Shown here one piece after another: positions 50,521 through 63,246 of a stretch of 64,000 nt of DNA. The translations under genes were made by a program, and so were the position numbers. The notes beneath the pieces are model-generated. The model searched no databases. It was not told the origin of the DNA and was given only the letters and a program-made list of their open reading frames with translations. How positions within the stretch are numbered: the first letter of the stretch is position 1; the number at the start of each line of letters is the position of its first letter. Origin of the DNA: Malacoraja senta (Eukaryota); NCBI GenBank assembly GCA_038087875.1, contig CM075988.1, positions 26,166,001-26,230,000 of the forward strand, read 5' to 3'.

Positions 50521-51199
50521 TCTAATTGGTGTATGTACTTCACATTTTTGCATCATTCAAAAATACTTAATTGCCAACAAAAATACCTTTACCTCCACTG
50601 TTATGAAAAGGACAATTATAAATGTATTGAGGATCTGAGAGAATGACATTTTTTTAAATATCAATTTAGAGGGTTCTCTCAAAAAGAATGTTTCTCTGTC
50701 AACTCAAGGCTGGCAACTCCAATACTATAGAAAATGTAAACACCTTGTATAATGCAGGCGGTGATAATCTTCAGAAGAGGTGGCAGAGAGATGCCTGATA
50801 TGTAACTCTGCATCCAAACTGACACCACAAGAACAAAACATTTTCAGGAATATTAAAAATAAAACAACCTTTGGTCCAAGCCACTGCTTATAATTTATGA
50901 ACTGCAAACGCCAATCCGGAGATTGAAGGGATAGTCAGCAAATGCAATGAACCTGATCCATCCTTAGAAGGAGGGAGGGAGAGGGGGGAAAGAACGAGAG
51001 AGGCGGGGGAGGGGGGTTGTTGCAGGGACGGGCACAGCAACAACTGCAAGGACGAGGGAGAGCGACAGGTTCAGCTGTCAGCCACTGCCCAGAATAGTGC
51101 AGAGTGAGCAAGGGGAGCAAGCTGCACAGTTTTGGAGAGCAGAAGCGCGAAGGCACAGTGAATGCGCCCAAGGCCACGGACTGAACAGAAACTGGGGAG

Positions 51200-54100
51200 A
51201 TGTTCCAGATTGAGAAGGACTATGGGGACCATTTCTCCAAGGACCCTCGTGGAAGCGCCTGCGCTGATTATATGAGCGACACGGCCAGTTTGGTGAGTGA
51301 ATTAGATGAAACGGACTACGAGGTGCGAAAGCTGACTGCTTTATCTTTCCGGAGCCTGGCCTGTCCCCACAACAATTACATCGAGCTTTCCAGCTCCAGG
51401 GCATCCACAGAGTGGTCCTTGTCGCTGTCAGAGGACAGCAGCGCCACCAATAAGTGGTCCACCTACGCCGAGCTGAGTGAGGCCAACTTGGCCGAAACTC
51501 ACCAGCTACCCGGCACCCCAATCCGCGCTGCAAGCGCAAAGAGCGAGGAGAGCAGGGAGGAGAGAGGCGGCCCTTCATTCGGGGTAGGGCAGGTTGAGTG
51601 TGTGGATGTGGCTGTTGAGACACAGGAGGGCCGGACCGTCCCCAAGAGGGAGATCCAATTTAAGAAGCGGGAGAGAAGCGAGCTGACCTTCTTCAGGTCC
51701 AGCGATGCCAGTGGCGGGCAGGATGGCACTGGGTGTGGGGAGATGGCAGCGAGGGACGAGGAGAGCGGTGTTTGCAGAGAGGATGCGGGCCCGGAGGTGA
51801 AGGAAGGGGGCAGCGAGAGGCCGCTGCAGAGGATGGAGTCTACGGAGGAGTGTTCCAAAAAAGCCAAGCTCGCATCCTGCCACATCTCCAATGTCATCTC
51901 CAAGAAGATGCAGTTTGAGCAAGAACTGAAGATGGAACGCGGCGCCGTCCAGGAACCCCTCTCGTCCGTGCCCTCCACCCCCTCCTCCGTCAACTTAAAG
52001 GAATTCGAGTTCCCCGTCAACTCCGAAGGCAAGCGGCGTAATTCCAGCGCAAAGCCGGAGAGTGATATCATGGGTGAGGATGTGTCGGCGCTCTTGAGGA
52101 GGAGAAGCAGCGAAGTGAAGGGCGAGAGTGCAGATGACAAGAGGGGCGTCCTCCGGCAAGACAGCTGCGGCTCCCTCAAGGGTGAAGGCATCTCCATGGA
52201 TGGCCACACCAACCACGACCGCTGGAAGGAAAGCAGTGCGGACGCCCAGAGAGGAGTGAGGCCAGGGAGGGGCATGGGGTTGGGTGGAAATAAATCCCAG
52301 GCCACGTTCGGCGATTTGGCCAACAATCAATCCGAAACCTCAAGCGTCCGAGGCGCCTCAGATGATGTGGACTGTACCCCACCTGCTGCCAGAGAGAGAT
52401 TGCAGACCAGCAGTTTGGTGGAAAGCAAGCTGGCAGGTTGCGAGGACAAAGCCAATTATAAGCAGTCAGGTAGTAATTTGGAAAGAAGGAATGCCTCAAG
52501 GAGCATCTCAATGCCACAGCCATTAGGGAAGACATCTGCTTCTGGTGCCAAACACCAGCATCAAGTAGATCCATTTGGAACTGTTGAACAGTTGGCTCCA
52601 CACATTGGCTCTCTGAGTAAGGTCATTGCCCTTGACCCCAAGTATCTGACCCTTCCCGCTTCGTTTAAGTTTGAAACAGATGGCTGCAGGATCCAAGAGT
52701 TACAGTTTAAAAGAAGAGAATCTATACTAGAGAAAACTAAAGGTCCGATCCACCAGGTACGGGATGTGCGCAAGCTTGTCAAGAATACCTATGGTGCCTT
52801 AAGATTCAATGCCAACGAAGCAAAAGCTTTTGGATCTGTACAGGTTCTTCAGCCCAATGGCTCACGCATGCCCATGGCATCTGATCAAACCATTGCAGCA
52901 GTGGAACGTTCCCCCATACTGCCAGTCTACATCCAGGGCAAGACAACTGGTTGGAGAGGCAACAGCAATGTATCAGTCGACAAAAAATATTGGACCTATG
53001 CTGGGAGCACAGACACCTCCAGGGCATACTCTGATGATATCAAGTTATTGATTCCATTCAATACAAACAAAAGCACAATTGATCACCCACAAAAAGCAAG
53101 AACTGAAACTCAGGGTGGTAAAAAAGACGGGGAGAAAGAGTGTGGAGTGGCAACTAAATCAACTGAAATGAAGAACTCCAAAAAGAAAATGATGAATGAT
53201 GATGAATCACAAATTCCATTTGCTTCAAGAATGGAAGATACCAAGGTGCCTCCAAAAAAAGTTAATACTTCACAGGATAAAATGAGACATTCTGCTCGAG
53301 TAGAGAACCAGAATTCATCTTTATCAATGTCTAATGCATACACAGAAGATAAGAATGTAGAATCCGTTGGGGCTAATGAAAACATAGTAGAGAAGTTCAG
53401 GAAGGATTTTGTAGAGCCTGCTCCAAAGAAGAACGATAGCAAAGTGCCAACCACTAGAGTTGCTTCTAAAAGAGAAGATTCAGTAAAACTAAACAGTGAA
53501 AAGAAACAAACTGGAAATATATCTTCACTCCATGAGGATCTCAATTCAATACATGGAAAAGCTGATTCTAAAAGAGAAATTCAGAACAGGCCAGGAGATA
53601 CAAATAAACTCCAGAAGATTACAATTGCAAAGAATAATGATACCAAAGTAGTGGGGATTAATGAGCCTAAAAGTGTGGAAAATCAGAATATACATTTGGA
53701 TACTCCAACTCATAACATAAATGATACAAAGTTATCGGCAGGTAAAGATATATTGGAGAAACTCCATTCCAAGTTGGATCTTCAGAAGACATCCGCAAGG
53801 ATGTCTTCATTAAACAGTGAGAAGACTCAAGAGTTAACTGGGAAAGGACAACTCAACAAGGAAAGCCAAGCCAGAAACCTGGGAGGTGAAAATAACAGTT
53901 CTGAATATTCAGTTTTTAAGACTGAAAAAATCAAAGGAAAGGATGAATGTGGAACAGAAGGTCAAGTCAAGGTAGAACAGAAGAGAAAGTCCTCTGGGAG
54001 CTCCATGCTTAACACACCCATAGGAAAAGAGGAGCATATTAAGACTGTTCAGTATGGTCTGGAAAGTAAGAGTACATTGATGATTAAGTCAATCTCCCAA

Positions 54101-55933
54101 ACTGCAGAAATCACAAAGTTGCCTAGGAGAGGCGAGTCTAAAAATGAGACACAAGCTGGACAGAAAAAGGAGAAAAGTGTTTCAAATAATTCCACATCAA
54201 AGGGTGATGTAATGGATGTAACATTTGGGAAATATGAAACTGTCAAAGATATACAAGTGCGGCTGGAGAATCAGTGTAAAGTTCTAGGAAAGTCAAATGA
54301 AGAAAGGGTTGGGAAAATGAAAGCTGCTGGTGAGAGTTTGGCTTGGCAGGATCATCAGAGAAGACTCCCGGGTTACTGCACCGAGACTAGTGAAAGCAAG
54401 AGCAAGTCTAAGAAGGAAAACAAGAATGATTCTGAGGAACAAGTAAAAAACGTTGAACAAGCACAAACAGTGGAAAAAAGTGGACTGAAAATGCTAAAAG
54501 AGCCAATAAAGGACAGTTATGTTTTATCATTGATTTTAGAAGAAGAAAGCAAGAATAACTCTGAGCCATCTGATGATGACATTAGAAGTAAACATTCATC
54601 TATGAAGAATCAGGCTTTAAATAGCATTACTGCACAAGCTTCTCAACCCTCTTCAATATGTGTCACAGATAAACAAAGTATACTTACCGTGAAAGGCACA
54701 AATCACCAGCAGACCACACAGAGCACAGCAAAGACATCAACTCACAAACCTGAAAGCAATGTTAATAAGAAAAGCACATCAGCCTCTGCCACTAATATCC
54801 CTGTTTCAACTTTAGTGGAATACCAAGATACAACTTCACAAATCCTTCCAAGTTCAGCAGAATTGAAGGTGAAGGCACTTCCTCCAATAAATTCAGTCAC
54901 CAGACTATTTGGCCTGGATCAGAAGCAGAATTCCTGCGCAGGTAAGGTGCAATCGGCTAGAGCAGAAGGCACACAAGAACATGGATCCGCATCCTTGGAA
55001 AGTGTAAATTACCTTGCTATTCCTAGTGAGGAACGAAGGTCACAGGTGCCAAATTTGGGACAAACAACCACTTCCCCTCATTCTACCGCCATTAAACCAT
55101 TGCCCTATTTTCAACATCAGCGCAGCTTGGAGCTAACTGAACCTCCAAAACAAGAAATGCAGTCACTTTCTCATCCCCAGGAGCCACAGACTTCTCAGCA
55201 GAATCCATGTTATGGCTCCTCAAAACAAGGTCAGTCTCAATTGTCCTCTTGTTTTCTAGGGACAATGCCATCAAGCTTTGTGGAGACAGCTTGTGATGTA
55301 CCCCAGTCTCAAGAAACAGGTAATCCTGGCATCCCTTCTTTTCAGTACCCTCAGACTCAGAAAAAGATGCTTGTGGATCCAGAGACTGGAAACTATTACT
55401 ATGTGGATGCTCCAGTTCAACCTTCACGCAGAATGTTATTGGACCCAGTAACAGGACAATATGTGGAAGTTGTAATGTCTCAGCAACCCTTTGGTGGTGT
55501 GTATCAAGTGCCTTTCTCTCCTTACCTCTTACATCCAGGAGTTATGGGTCCATCTTATTTACCCAATATGCCTTATCCTGGAGTATTTGTTGGTCCTCCT
55601 GTGTCTTCTCAGAGACCTCTGGAGATGCAAAGCCAACCACTGTCTCAACAAGGTTCTGCACAAGATAAAGCAGATATGCACCATCATGAACACCCCATCC
55701 ACAGGAGCTTCTCCTCTGAGTCTACACAGATGGAGACTTTGTATTATATACCAACAGGTATGCCATTATATCCAAACCCAAGTCAGCCTACTCTGCAGCA
55801 AGTAGCCACGCAGGTAAAACCTAATGCCGATGTCAAAGACAATAAAGCTATAGGTTATTGGCCAATCCAACATACTTATGACATGAGCAATTATCTGCCC
55901 CATGGAAGGCCAAGCAGCTTTGCAGTGGAATAA
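51200..55933 (+). CDS. C4orf54: C4orf54-like / DUF4585-family protein (1577 aa, single coding exon)
   Basis: 4.7-kb uninterrupted ORF with family motifs SELDETDYEVRKLTALSFRSLACP, NVISKKMQFEQELKMERG, PIHQVRDVRKLVK and C-terminal TQKKMLVDPETGNYYYVDAP..RMLLDPVTGQYVEV (DUF4585-like). The family call is strong. Ortholog versus paralog (C4orf54/PROB1/C10orf71) is unresolved. Confidence 0.82.
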   Translation: MFQIEKDYGDHFSKDPRGSACADYMSDTASLVSELDETDYEVRKLTALSFRSLACPHNNYIELSSSRASTEWSLSLSEDSSATNKWSTYAELSEANLAETHQLPGTPIRAASAKSEESREERGGPSFGVGQVECVDVAVETQEGRTVPKREIQFKKRERSELTFFRSSDASGGQDGTGCGEMAARDEESGVCREDAGPEVKEGGSERPLQRMESTEECSKKAKLASCHISNVISKKMQFEQELKMERGAVQEPLSSVPSTPSSVNLKEFEFPVNSEGKRRNSSAKPESDIMGEDVSALLRRRSSEVKGESADDKRGVLRQDSCGSLKGEGISMDGHTNHDRWKESSADAQRGVRPGRGMGLGGNKSQATFGDLANNQSETSSVRGASDDVDCTPPAARERLQTSSLVESKLAGCEDKANYKQSGSNLERRNASRSISMPQPLGKTSASGAKHQHQVDPFGTVEQLAPHIGSLSKVIALDPKYLTLPASFKFETDGCRIQELQFKRRESILEKTKGPIHQVRDVRKLVKNTYGALRFNANEAKAFGSVQVLQPNGSRMPMASDQTIAAVERSPILPVYIQGKTTGWRGNSNVSVDKKYWTYAGSTDTSRAYSDDIKLLIPFNTNKSTIDHPQKARTETQGGKKDGEKECGVATKSTEMKNSKKKMMNDDESQIPFASRMEDTKVPPKKVNTSQDKMRHSARVENQNSSLSMSNAYTEDKNVESVGANENIVEKFRKDFVEPAPKKNDSKVPTTRVASKREDSVKLNSEKKQTGNISSLHEDLNSIHGKADSKREIQNRPGDTNKLQKITIAKNNDTKVVGINEPKSVENQNIHLDTPTHNINDTKLSAGKDILEKLHSKLDLQKTSARMSSLNSEKTQELTGKGQLNKESQARNLGGENNSSEYSVFKTEKIKGKDECGTEGQVKVEQKRKSSGSSMLNTPIGKEEHIKTVQYGLESKSTLMIKSISQTAEITKLPRRGESKNETQAGQKKEKSVSNNSTSKGDVMDVTFGKYETVKDIQVRLENQCKVLGKSNEERVGKMKAAGESLAWQDHQRRLPGYCTETSESKSKSKKENKNDSEEQVKNVEQAQTVEKSGLKMLKEPIKDSYVLSLILEEESKNNSEPSDDDIRSKHSSMKNQALNSITAQASQPSSICVTDKQSILTVKGTNHQQTTQSTAKTSTHKPESNVNKKSTSASATNIPVSTLVEYQDTTSQILPSSAELKVKALPPINSVTRLFGLDQKQNSCAGKVQSARAEGTQEHGSASLESVNYLAIPSEERRSQVPNLGQTTTSPHSTAIKPLPYFQHQRSLELTEPPKQEMQSLSHPQEPQTSQQNPCYGSSKQGQSQLSSCFLGTMPSSFVETACDVPQSQETGNPGIPSFQYPQTQKKMLVDPETGNYYYVDAPVQPSRRMLLDPVTGQYVEVVMSQQPFGGVYQVPFSPYLLHPGVMGPSYLPNMPYPGVFVGPPVSSQRPLEMQSQPLSQQGSAQDKADMHHHEHPIHRSFSSESTQMETLYYIPTGMPLYPNPSQPTLQQVATQVKPNADVKDNKAIGYWPIQHTYDMSNYLPHGRPSSFAVE

Positions 55934-57100
55934 GCAGAAAATACGGTATATCTGATGAGAGGCTACGGTGTGGCAAGAAGAACCTGCAAATGAGCAAGGA
56001 TCAAACATTGGCTGCAGATTCAACCACATTGCCACGCAATGGACAACTGGCAAGCACTGTACACCATACAAAGTAATTTCCACCAGGCATCTCAACATTA
56101 TCACTCCAGGGCCATAAGGTTTTGTTCATGGCTTTATTCAAATGGTGCCGGGAAGCATTTAGTGTGCCCTAGTTCATGGAAGGAGTTCGGTTCAATATAA
56201 AACCAAAGAGGAGAATTGATTGAGTATCGCCAGCCTTTTTTTTCAGCTACTGAAGTATATGAGCAATTCATACATGGCTACAATGGGTTCGCTGACTTTG
56301 GTCCCTGCAGTTTGAGTGAAAAGAAATAACATCAAAGATGTTTAGTTACTGTTGCTTAAAGCCAACATAAATGTAATGTTTTATTGTCATAAAACAATCA
56401 GTAAAAGGGCAAAGTTATGTGAGGACAGTGCTCTGGACCCACGGTATATGTCCTGTGAGTTGCACAAATACTATCAAATCAACTATTTAAAGAAACACTG
56501 ACATGAATATTTCTATGATTTTAAAATAATGTTCATATGGGCGTAGTGCATGTGGTAAAATTGTCGGCAAACCTGATCGTGAGGCCACAGTTAACTGCAA
56601 TCTAGGCGGTTCAAGCAAAGAAATGTTCCCTAAAGTTTTATTTCATTGTATGTGTCACACTTTTGAGGAATTTGCATTCGGCCATCAATATATCGCTGTG
56701 CAATCTGAAATAGAATTTATCAATTAGTTTATTAAGGTGAGCTATATTATTAATTTAACAAATATCAACAACTTTTCTTACCTTTTGACACAAAAAAACA
56801 CCTTAAATGAATTCAGAGACCTGTTAACAGAAACGTTTTTTAGGGAGTTATTCTTGAACCCTATATATTAATTGAGTCAGCTTCAAAGTTAAATTTCATG
56901 TAGGGATTACTGGGATAATACAGATTGAGCACTTAGCATTAACTAAGGCTGCTTATGTTGGGGATATATTTTCCACCAATGCCATTAGTAGTAAATGACA
57001 TGACTAATGGTGATCTCCAATTAGGTGCCCATTAAAAAAATTATGCTGCTCAGTTTAATTTGTACTTGCATTTATATATCAGCTCTAAACATATTAACAT

Positions 57101-57106
57101 AATAAA
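57101..57106 (+). terminator. Candidate polyadenylation signal of the C4orf54-like gene
   Basis: AATAAA ~1.17 kb after the stop, at the end of an AT-rich stretch with no recognised repeat, followed by GT-containing sequence. Confidence 0.4.
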
Positions 57107-59164
57107 TCTCCCTTGAAGTATAGTGACTGTTGAGCATGAGTTGGAAACATGTTATTCATTGTACATATCAAGGAGGTAAAATAGATCCATTAAGGTTTCT
57201 GTAATTTTCTAAAAGATAAAAATATGATTTACAAATGTGGTATGGGGAGAAAGGAGAAAAGAGTTGTTCAGTAAGAAAGGGGTCCGTGAAACCAATGGCC
57301 ATAGAAATATATTTTCTAATATTTGCCACACCATTTTTGTTCTCTGCCTGGTACTTTGTTCCTCCCTCTGTTAATCGGCTCCCACTCACAAGCATCATCC
57401 TCACTTTGGCCGAGGCAAATTAATTTGGCATTGGAAAAGCAGCTGCATTGTCTTTTTTTTTTAGTTGTAATTACTTGGAATGCATTGCCTGAAGCAATAG
57501 AATAAGTAGAAACTACATTAACTTTCAAAAATAAATTCAAAATATTTTATGTAGGGGAATTAATGACAATCTGTGAGGGATGGGAATCATTGCACAGCTC
57601 TTTCAGGGAGCTGGCAATGCACGGTACATTGGACAAAATGCCATCTGATATGCTGTATGAGTTCATGACTCCTACTGGTAACATTTGTATGAACAGGACA
57701 ATGAAGGGACAAAAAGTGTACTATGATGGCCACTGTGTCAAACCTAATGGTCTGGGCTAAATGAAAAGAACAGTCAAGGAGAGCTAGACCTTGTTAGGAG
57801 CAAGCATATTTGAGAAAAGTAAAGAAAGTAGGTACATGAAAGTGATTAACAATAGTATGCAAATAGAGTGCTGATATCACAGTGAAACATTATAAAATGT
57901 GAGTTAATTCTAGTTTTATTTATGCATTAAGTTTTAGGTTTTATATATTGTGATATTTATATGTGCAAAGCAATATTGTACTAATGGCCATGGTTTCTAA
58001 GCTTCAAAATCCCACAATTATAACGATTAATAACCTTCAAAATTTTTATTGTAAAACTGCTGCTACGTGTGGAGGAAGATCTATTTTCAACAAATTTAAT
58101 GTCTGCTCTTCAGAAGCTCCTGTAGGGCTTATCAGAAATGCTCCTATGTGTAAATCAGTGCCCTTTGAAACAGAAAGTAAATGCCCAAGGTAAAACGAGC
58201 CCCGAGAGGTTTCTGGTCTGAGGGACAATATTCATGTAACCTTTTATGAAACAACAATGGAGCTCAAGATAATTCCTTTTGGTCATTCTGTTCTGGCCTT
58301 CCCAGCAAAAGTCAGAAACTCACTAGATAAAACAGACAGCCAACAGCCTCTGAACCACCCCAGTTATTACTGATGTCAAGCATAAAAATGCTTGTTTTAT
58401 GTTAAGATTAGGCTTCAATGAAAATGATCTTGATCCTAAATTCATTGCGATAATTTTCAGAATCAGGCTATTGAGCAGAGGGTTGCTCTCGAACCCGAAT
58501 GAAAATATTGTGGATTAAAGACCTGCTCCAGAAACACAAGCACAACATTTAGGCTAACATTCCCAAGAACATAGCTGCAGGAAGATACCCTGAAGGAGGT
58601 ACTCTTTTTTAGCTCAGCTGTTAAATTGAAACCCAGTCTGTCCTGTACATTTGGTGTGAAAGGTCAGATGATGCTATTTGAAGAACAGGGGAATTTTCTC
58701 CAATGCCTTGTTCAACTCTTATTCCTCATTCAGTACCTACAACACATTATCTAGTCATTTATTTATTGCAGTTTGTTACTCCCTTACTGTGTACAAATTG
58801 GCCATTTTCCCAACATTATAACAATGACTATACTTCAAATGTAGTTTATTGGTTATCAAGTCATTTAGAATGCCCCAAGATCATGAAAGACACTGTATAC
58901 TGTAACTTCTTCAAAACCTGAAAGGGATATAGTGTTTTATAGTGACTTTAGTGTAAGAAATGATTTGTGGAATCATATATCTTTTGTTACTTTTTAAAGT
59001 TACAATCACGCCTTTTGAAAATGCAAATACTATTTAGAGTTCTGCTTATGTTTTGTACCAGATTAAGGCATGTTACGGTATCTGATATGCTATCACACTT
59101 GTATTCCACAGGTTTGTCTTGTATGAAAATGATTGCATCTTATGATGAATAACAAATAAAGACC

Positions 59165-60003
59165 GGAAGTGGCGGCGCTGTTGCACAGCTGCGGCTCGCC
59201 TGCAGTCCGTCTGTTTTTACTTTTTTTGTTGTTTTCTTTTGTCCTGTTTTGGTTGGGTTTTGGTTTATTGGGTTGTGTACGTGTGGGGGGGGGGGTGAAA
59301 CATGATTTTTGATCTCTTCCTTCGGGGGAATGCGACTTTTTCTTGTTGTATCCCCCTTCTCTGCCTCCGTCTGCGCTGAGGCTTAATGGCGGAGCTGCCG
59401 GCCTCCAACTCCAACTGCGACCGACCAACCTCGAGGCTCCGGAGGCAGAGCCAGGACTTACCAACGCGAGGCTGGCCGACTTCGGGGCTGCGGTGGCGTT
59501 CCGGCGGTGGCGACCGAGGACACTGGTGGCGACCTGAATCCGGAGGCTCGGCCGCGGGCCCGGTGGACGACATCGTCGGGAGCTCGCAGGTCACAGGTGG
59601 GTGACCTGTTTTTCTGGGGCTCCCGCAACTACAGCTGCGTCTGCTGGACTGGAGGGCGGCAGCTTCGGCAGCTTCGACCACCCCGGGCCGCAGAGTTTGA
59701 ACCGGCCCGTCGCGGACGGAGCACGGATTCAGCCGCAGGACTGACTTACCATCACCCGGTGGGGCCACAACATCAGAAGCCTGGATCGCCTCAGCGCAGA
59801 GGGAGAACAAAGAGGGAAGAGACAGAGGCTTTAAGACTTTTGCCTCCATCACAGTGAGGAGGTGCCTGGTGAACTCACTGTGGTGGATGTTCATTTGTGT
59901 TTATTTTGTGTTTTGTTATTTATTATATGTATGACTGCAGGCAACGAAATTCCGTTCAGACCGAAAGGTCTGAATGACAATAAAGGAATCTAAGTCTAAG
60001 TCT
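59165..60003 (+). mobile_element. Apparently full-length GC-rich non-autonomous retroelement with (TCTAAG)n tail
   Basis: Starts ggaagtggcggcg and ends aataaaggaa(tctaag)n. TSD aagacc at 59159-59164 and 60004-60009. Near-identical to 5378-6152. Confidence 0.85.
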
Positions 60004-62359
60004 AAGACCTCCTGAGAGAATTTTATTGTAAATATGTAAATAGCAATACACACTTTGCTGAAGGGATTATCAGCAAAAAAGCGTGAAATCCTCAGTTATA
60101 TTCCTTTGTTGTTCAACAGAGGACCATAATTGAAGCAGCTACCATTTTGAAACGTGGTTATTATTATATGATGATAAATTGTTAACGAGGCAACATGTAG
60201 CTGAGCAAAATGTACACTTTATAACAATGCAACAGTAAACCCAGAGTTGTGAATGTACTAATAAACAGTAGTGTTTAGGCTGATTGAGCCACATGAGCCT
60301 CCAACCAATTTTGCACATTTACCCAAACTAGCAATATCCTTCTATTTCTTTCTCCTCTTGCTAATTTGTATCCTCCTAACTATATCCATTAGCATTTGCC
60401 TATTGATTGATTATTATATCCAAGGCTCTGTTTATCCTCAGAGGTGAATATAAAAGATCCACAGGTGTCATTGAGAAGAAAACCAGATGAATTCTTCCTG
60501 GTGATGATTCACCATCCAGTCATTAGGCGATTTTATTAAAACACATTGATTTCACAACATCATGTAACTGTGGAAACCTCCAGTGTGAAAACGAGCTGCA
60601 TCTCTATATTAACACTGTAACAATATCTCAAAAGTACCTAATTGGCTGTAAAATGCACAGAGCTGTCTGGAGGTTATGAAAGGCACAATGTAATAGAAGG
60701 TTCTTTCTTTACACCATGAGGAAAAATACACTTGGCTTGGGACATGCTCAAAGAATTGCAAATTTTTACCTTTAAAATTCGCATTCCTACATCTCCTGAC
60801 TGGATAGTGAGATATGTTTAGAAGGACAGAGGCTACAGGTGTACAGCTGGGGTAGAAGATACAACATGCTGCAATTAAATAGTCTTGACCACGTGCAAAA
60901 TAAAAATGGTAAGAAGTTCTACAGTTCTTTAAAAAATTGATGTTAAATGTGTGTCTGCGACTGTATTGAATACATGCATTACACAGCACAGAAACAGGTT
61001 ATTGGACTAACTAATCCACATGAGCCTCAAACCACCTTGTCATGTTTAACCAAAGCACAATACCCTTCTGTTCCTTCCCCCTAAATATTTCAATGGTATT
61101 CACCTCAACTATTCCCAGTAGAAGCAAGTTCTTCCTTCTAATTACATTCTTAATATGAAGGTATTTTTCCAAATTTCTCATTGGTTTGTATCATCATAAA
61201 ATCAGCTTTAGAATTCTCTCCAAAATATTGAAAACACCTCACATGAAGGAAACATTTGCTCTATGGCTACTCTATCAAATTCTTTCATAATTATACACGA
61301 CCTCTGTTCATCCTTCAGTATTGTCTTATCTAGGGAACAGAATCACAATCTTGCCTGTTCTGGTATCAACCTTTGTAAATCACTACAGAGCTGTTCTGCT
61401 GCTGGTTTGGGTTCCAAGCTGAACCAGTTGTCTCAGAGGATTAATGTCAACAGCTTTGAAATCCAACCTGCAGCCGACACAGGAAAGGGTTGGAATAGGT
61501 TCAAAGAGGAAACAATAAAGTTGGGAGTGCCAGGCAGCACTTGGACTAAAATCATGGAGGGACGAGTAGAGAGATATAAATAGTAAAGGTCACTTGCCTA
61601 AAGCTGCTTACTGTCAGAGAAAAGTTAATGTAATACAAATGCTGAACAGCCAGTGTGTTTGAATGCAAGTGTGCATCAAAAGTCAACAATGCCAAATATT
61701 TGACATAATCGTGAACTAAAGATGGAACCGTTTTGTCTTAAATGTTTTCACAACGCAATCCAACCACTCTTTCATATTCTTTGTGCAGATTTACTTTGAA
61801 CTGTGTGGCACAGACCCAGACCCATTTGCTTCTCAGGTTTTATTGCAGGAGGAACTTTAAAATAACGATTTACTTTGAATTGCATTACAGATAATTTTAC
61901 AGCGCCAAAACAAGCCTCAAAGTTCTTCACTTCCATGCTGTTCTGTTAAGCTTCACATAAGCTTCCCCTCTCCGTGGCACTGCAACAGAAGAATGTGTTC
62001 AACACTCACTCCAAAAAGGTTAAATATATAATCCAGTTTGCTACTCCCAGTGCTTGCTACAGTGTCAGAGGTAGAGTGGTCCAAAATGCACGAAAGGAAT
62101 TTCTAGTAGCACGAAGACAGTATGTGTGTCACGACAATACTGCTTTTAAAATACGCATAAATGTTGCAACCTTCAGTTGCCAAGTTCCAGAATATGGGTC
62201 TCCTGCACAAAGTCAGTTCAATGGGTACTACTGCACTGGGTCATTGCTAATCTTGTGACTGTCAGCATATAGCTTTGCAGCTGTGATCCCAGCAGCCAGC
62301 TTTCAAGGGAAAATAAAACTGCACTCTTCCAGTTACACGGCAAAGTCACTCATTCTCAA

Positions 62360-63120
62360 CTTACCTGCAAAGTCCCTCTCACAAACTTCTGAGGACTGGT
62401 GCCCAGTTGGTTAAGTGATAACCTGGCTTAGTTTCCTTCACTGAGTGGTATCTTACTGACAAGGTGGCAGACTCCTCCATCACAATCTGCAGCATTTCCT
62501 GTCCATCTGGCAGCAAAGACCAAAGTGGGGAATGCATTGATATATAGGTGGGAAGGAATAGCTCTGGGCTTCCTCAAGTACATTCAAATATGGGCAAGAA
62601 TACTTCCTTCTGATTATCAATCATCATTCTCCCTCAGTTGATAAAAATCAGTGCTCCCCCATGTTGTACAATACTTGTTAGAACCAATTAAAATAATAAT
62701 AATAACAAAAAGTATACTTTGGGCAAAGAAACTCAATTTCTGTCAGCTTGGTACCACCACAGTGACTGAGATGACTGAGCCCTGAAATATGTAGCAGCCA
62801 GTCTGCACGTGAGGCAGGTAATGAGACAGCCAACACAGAGGATAAACCTGAATGACCTTGTGCTCACCAACAGACCAGTGGCAGATGCATCTGTCAAACA
62901 CGGCATTAGTAGATGTGGCAACTGTACAGTCCCTGTGGTGATAAAGCAGAATGCTCACATTGAGAACACGGTGCATCATGTTGTGCAGCAGTGTAATCAT
63001 CAGCACAATACACTCAATAGATATCTGACAGCTCAAAAATGGACATCCATAAGATTCTGTGGACCATCAGCAGCAGCAGCAATGTGCACCACCAGAAACT
63101 GCAACTTCATAGCTCGCTGT
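62360..63120 (+). mobile_element. Old CR1-group LINE endonuclease remnant
   Basis: RQVMRQPTQRINLNDLVLTNRPVADASVKHGISR resembles the APE C-terminus (PTR..LDLVLT..SDH). Confidence 0.55.
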
Positions 63121-63246
63121 GAGGAGTGCTTATTAAATAGATTCTTCACTGGCATATGAGCATGCATTTTTCAATTTATTTGGATGTGTGAGAATGTATG
63201 AGAATGTATATAAATATCTGGATACATGTACTCTTTAGTTTTTTAT

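Noticed and set aside
51078..52601. Antisense ORFs (up to 275 aa) opposite the C4orf54-like CDS
   Set aside because: These are shadows of GC-rich coding sequence.
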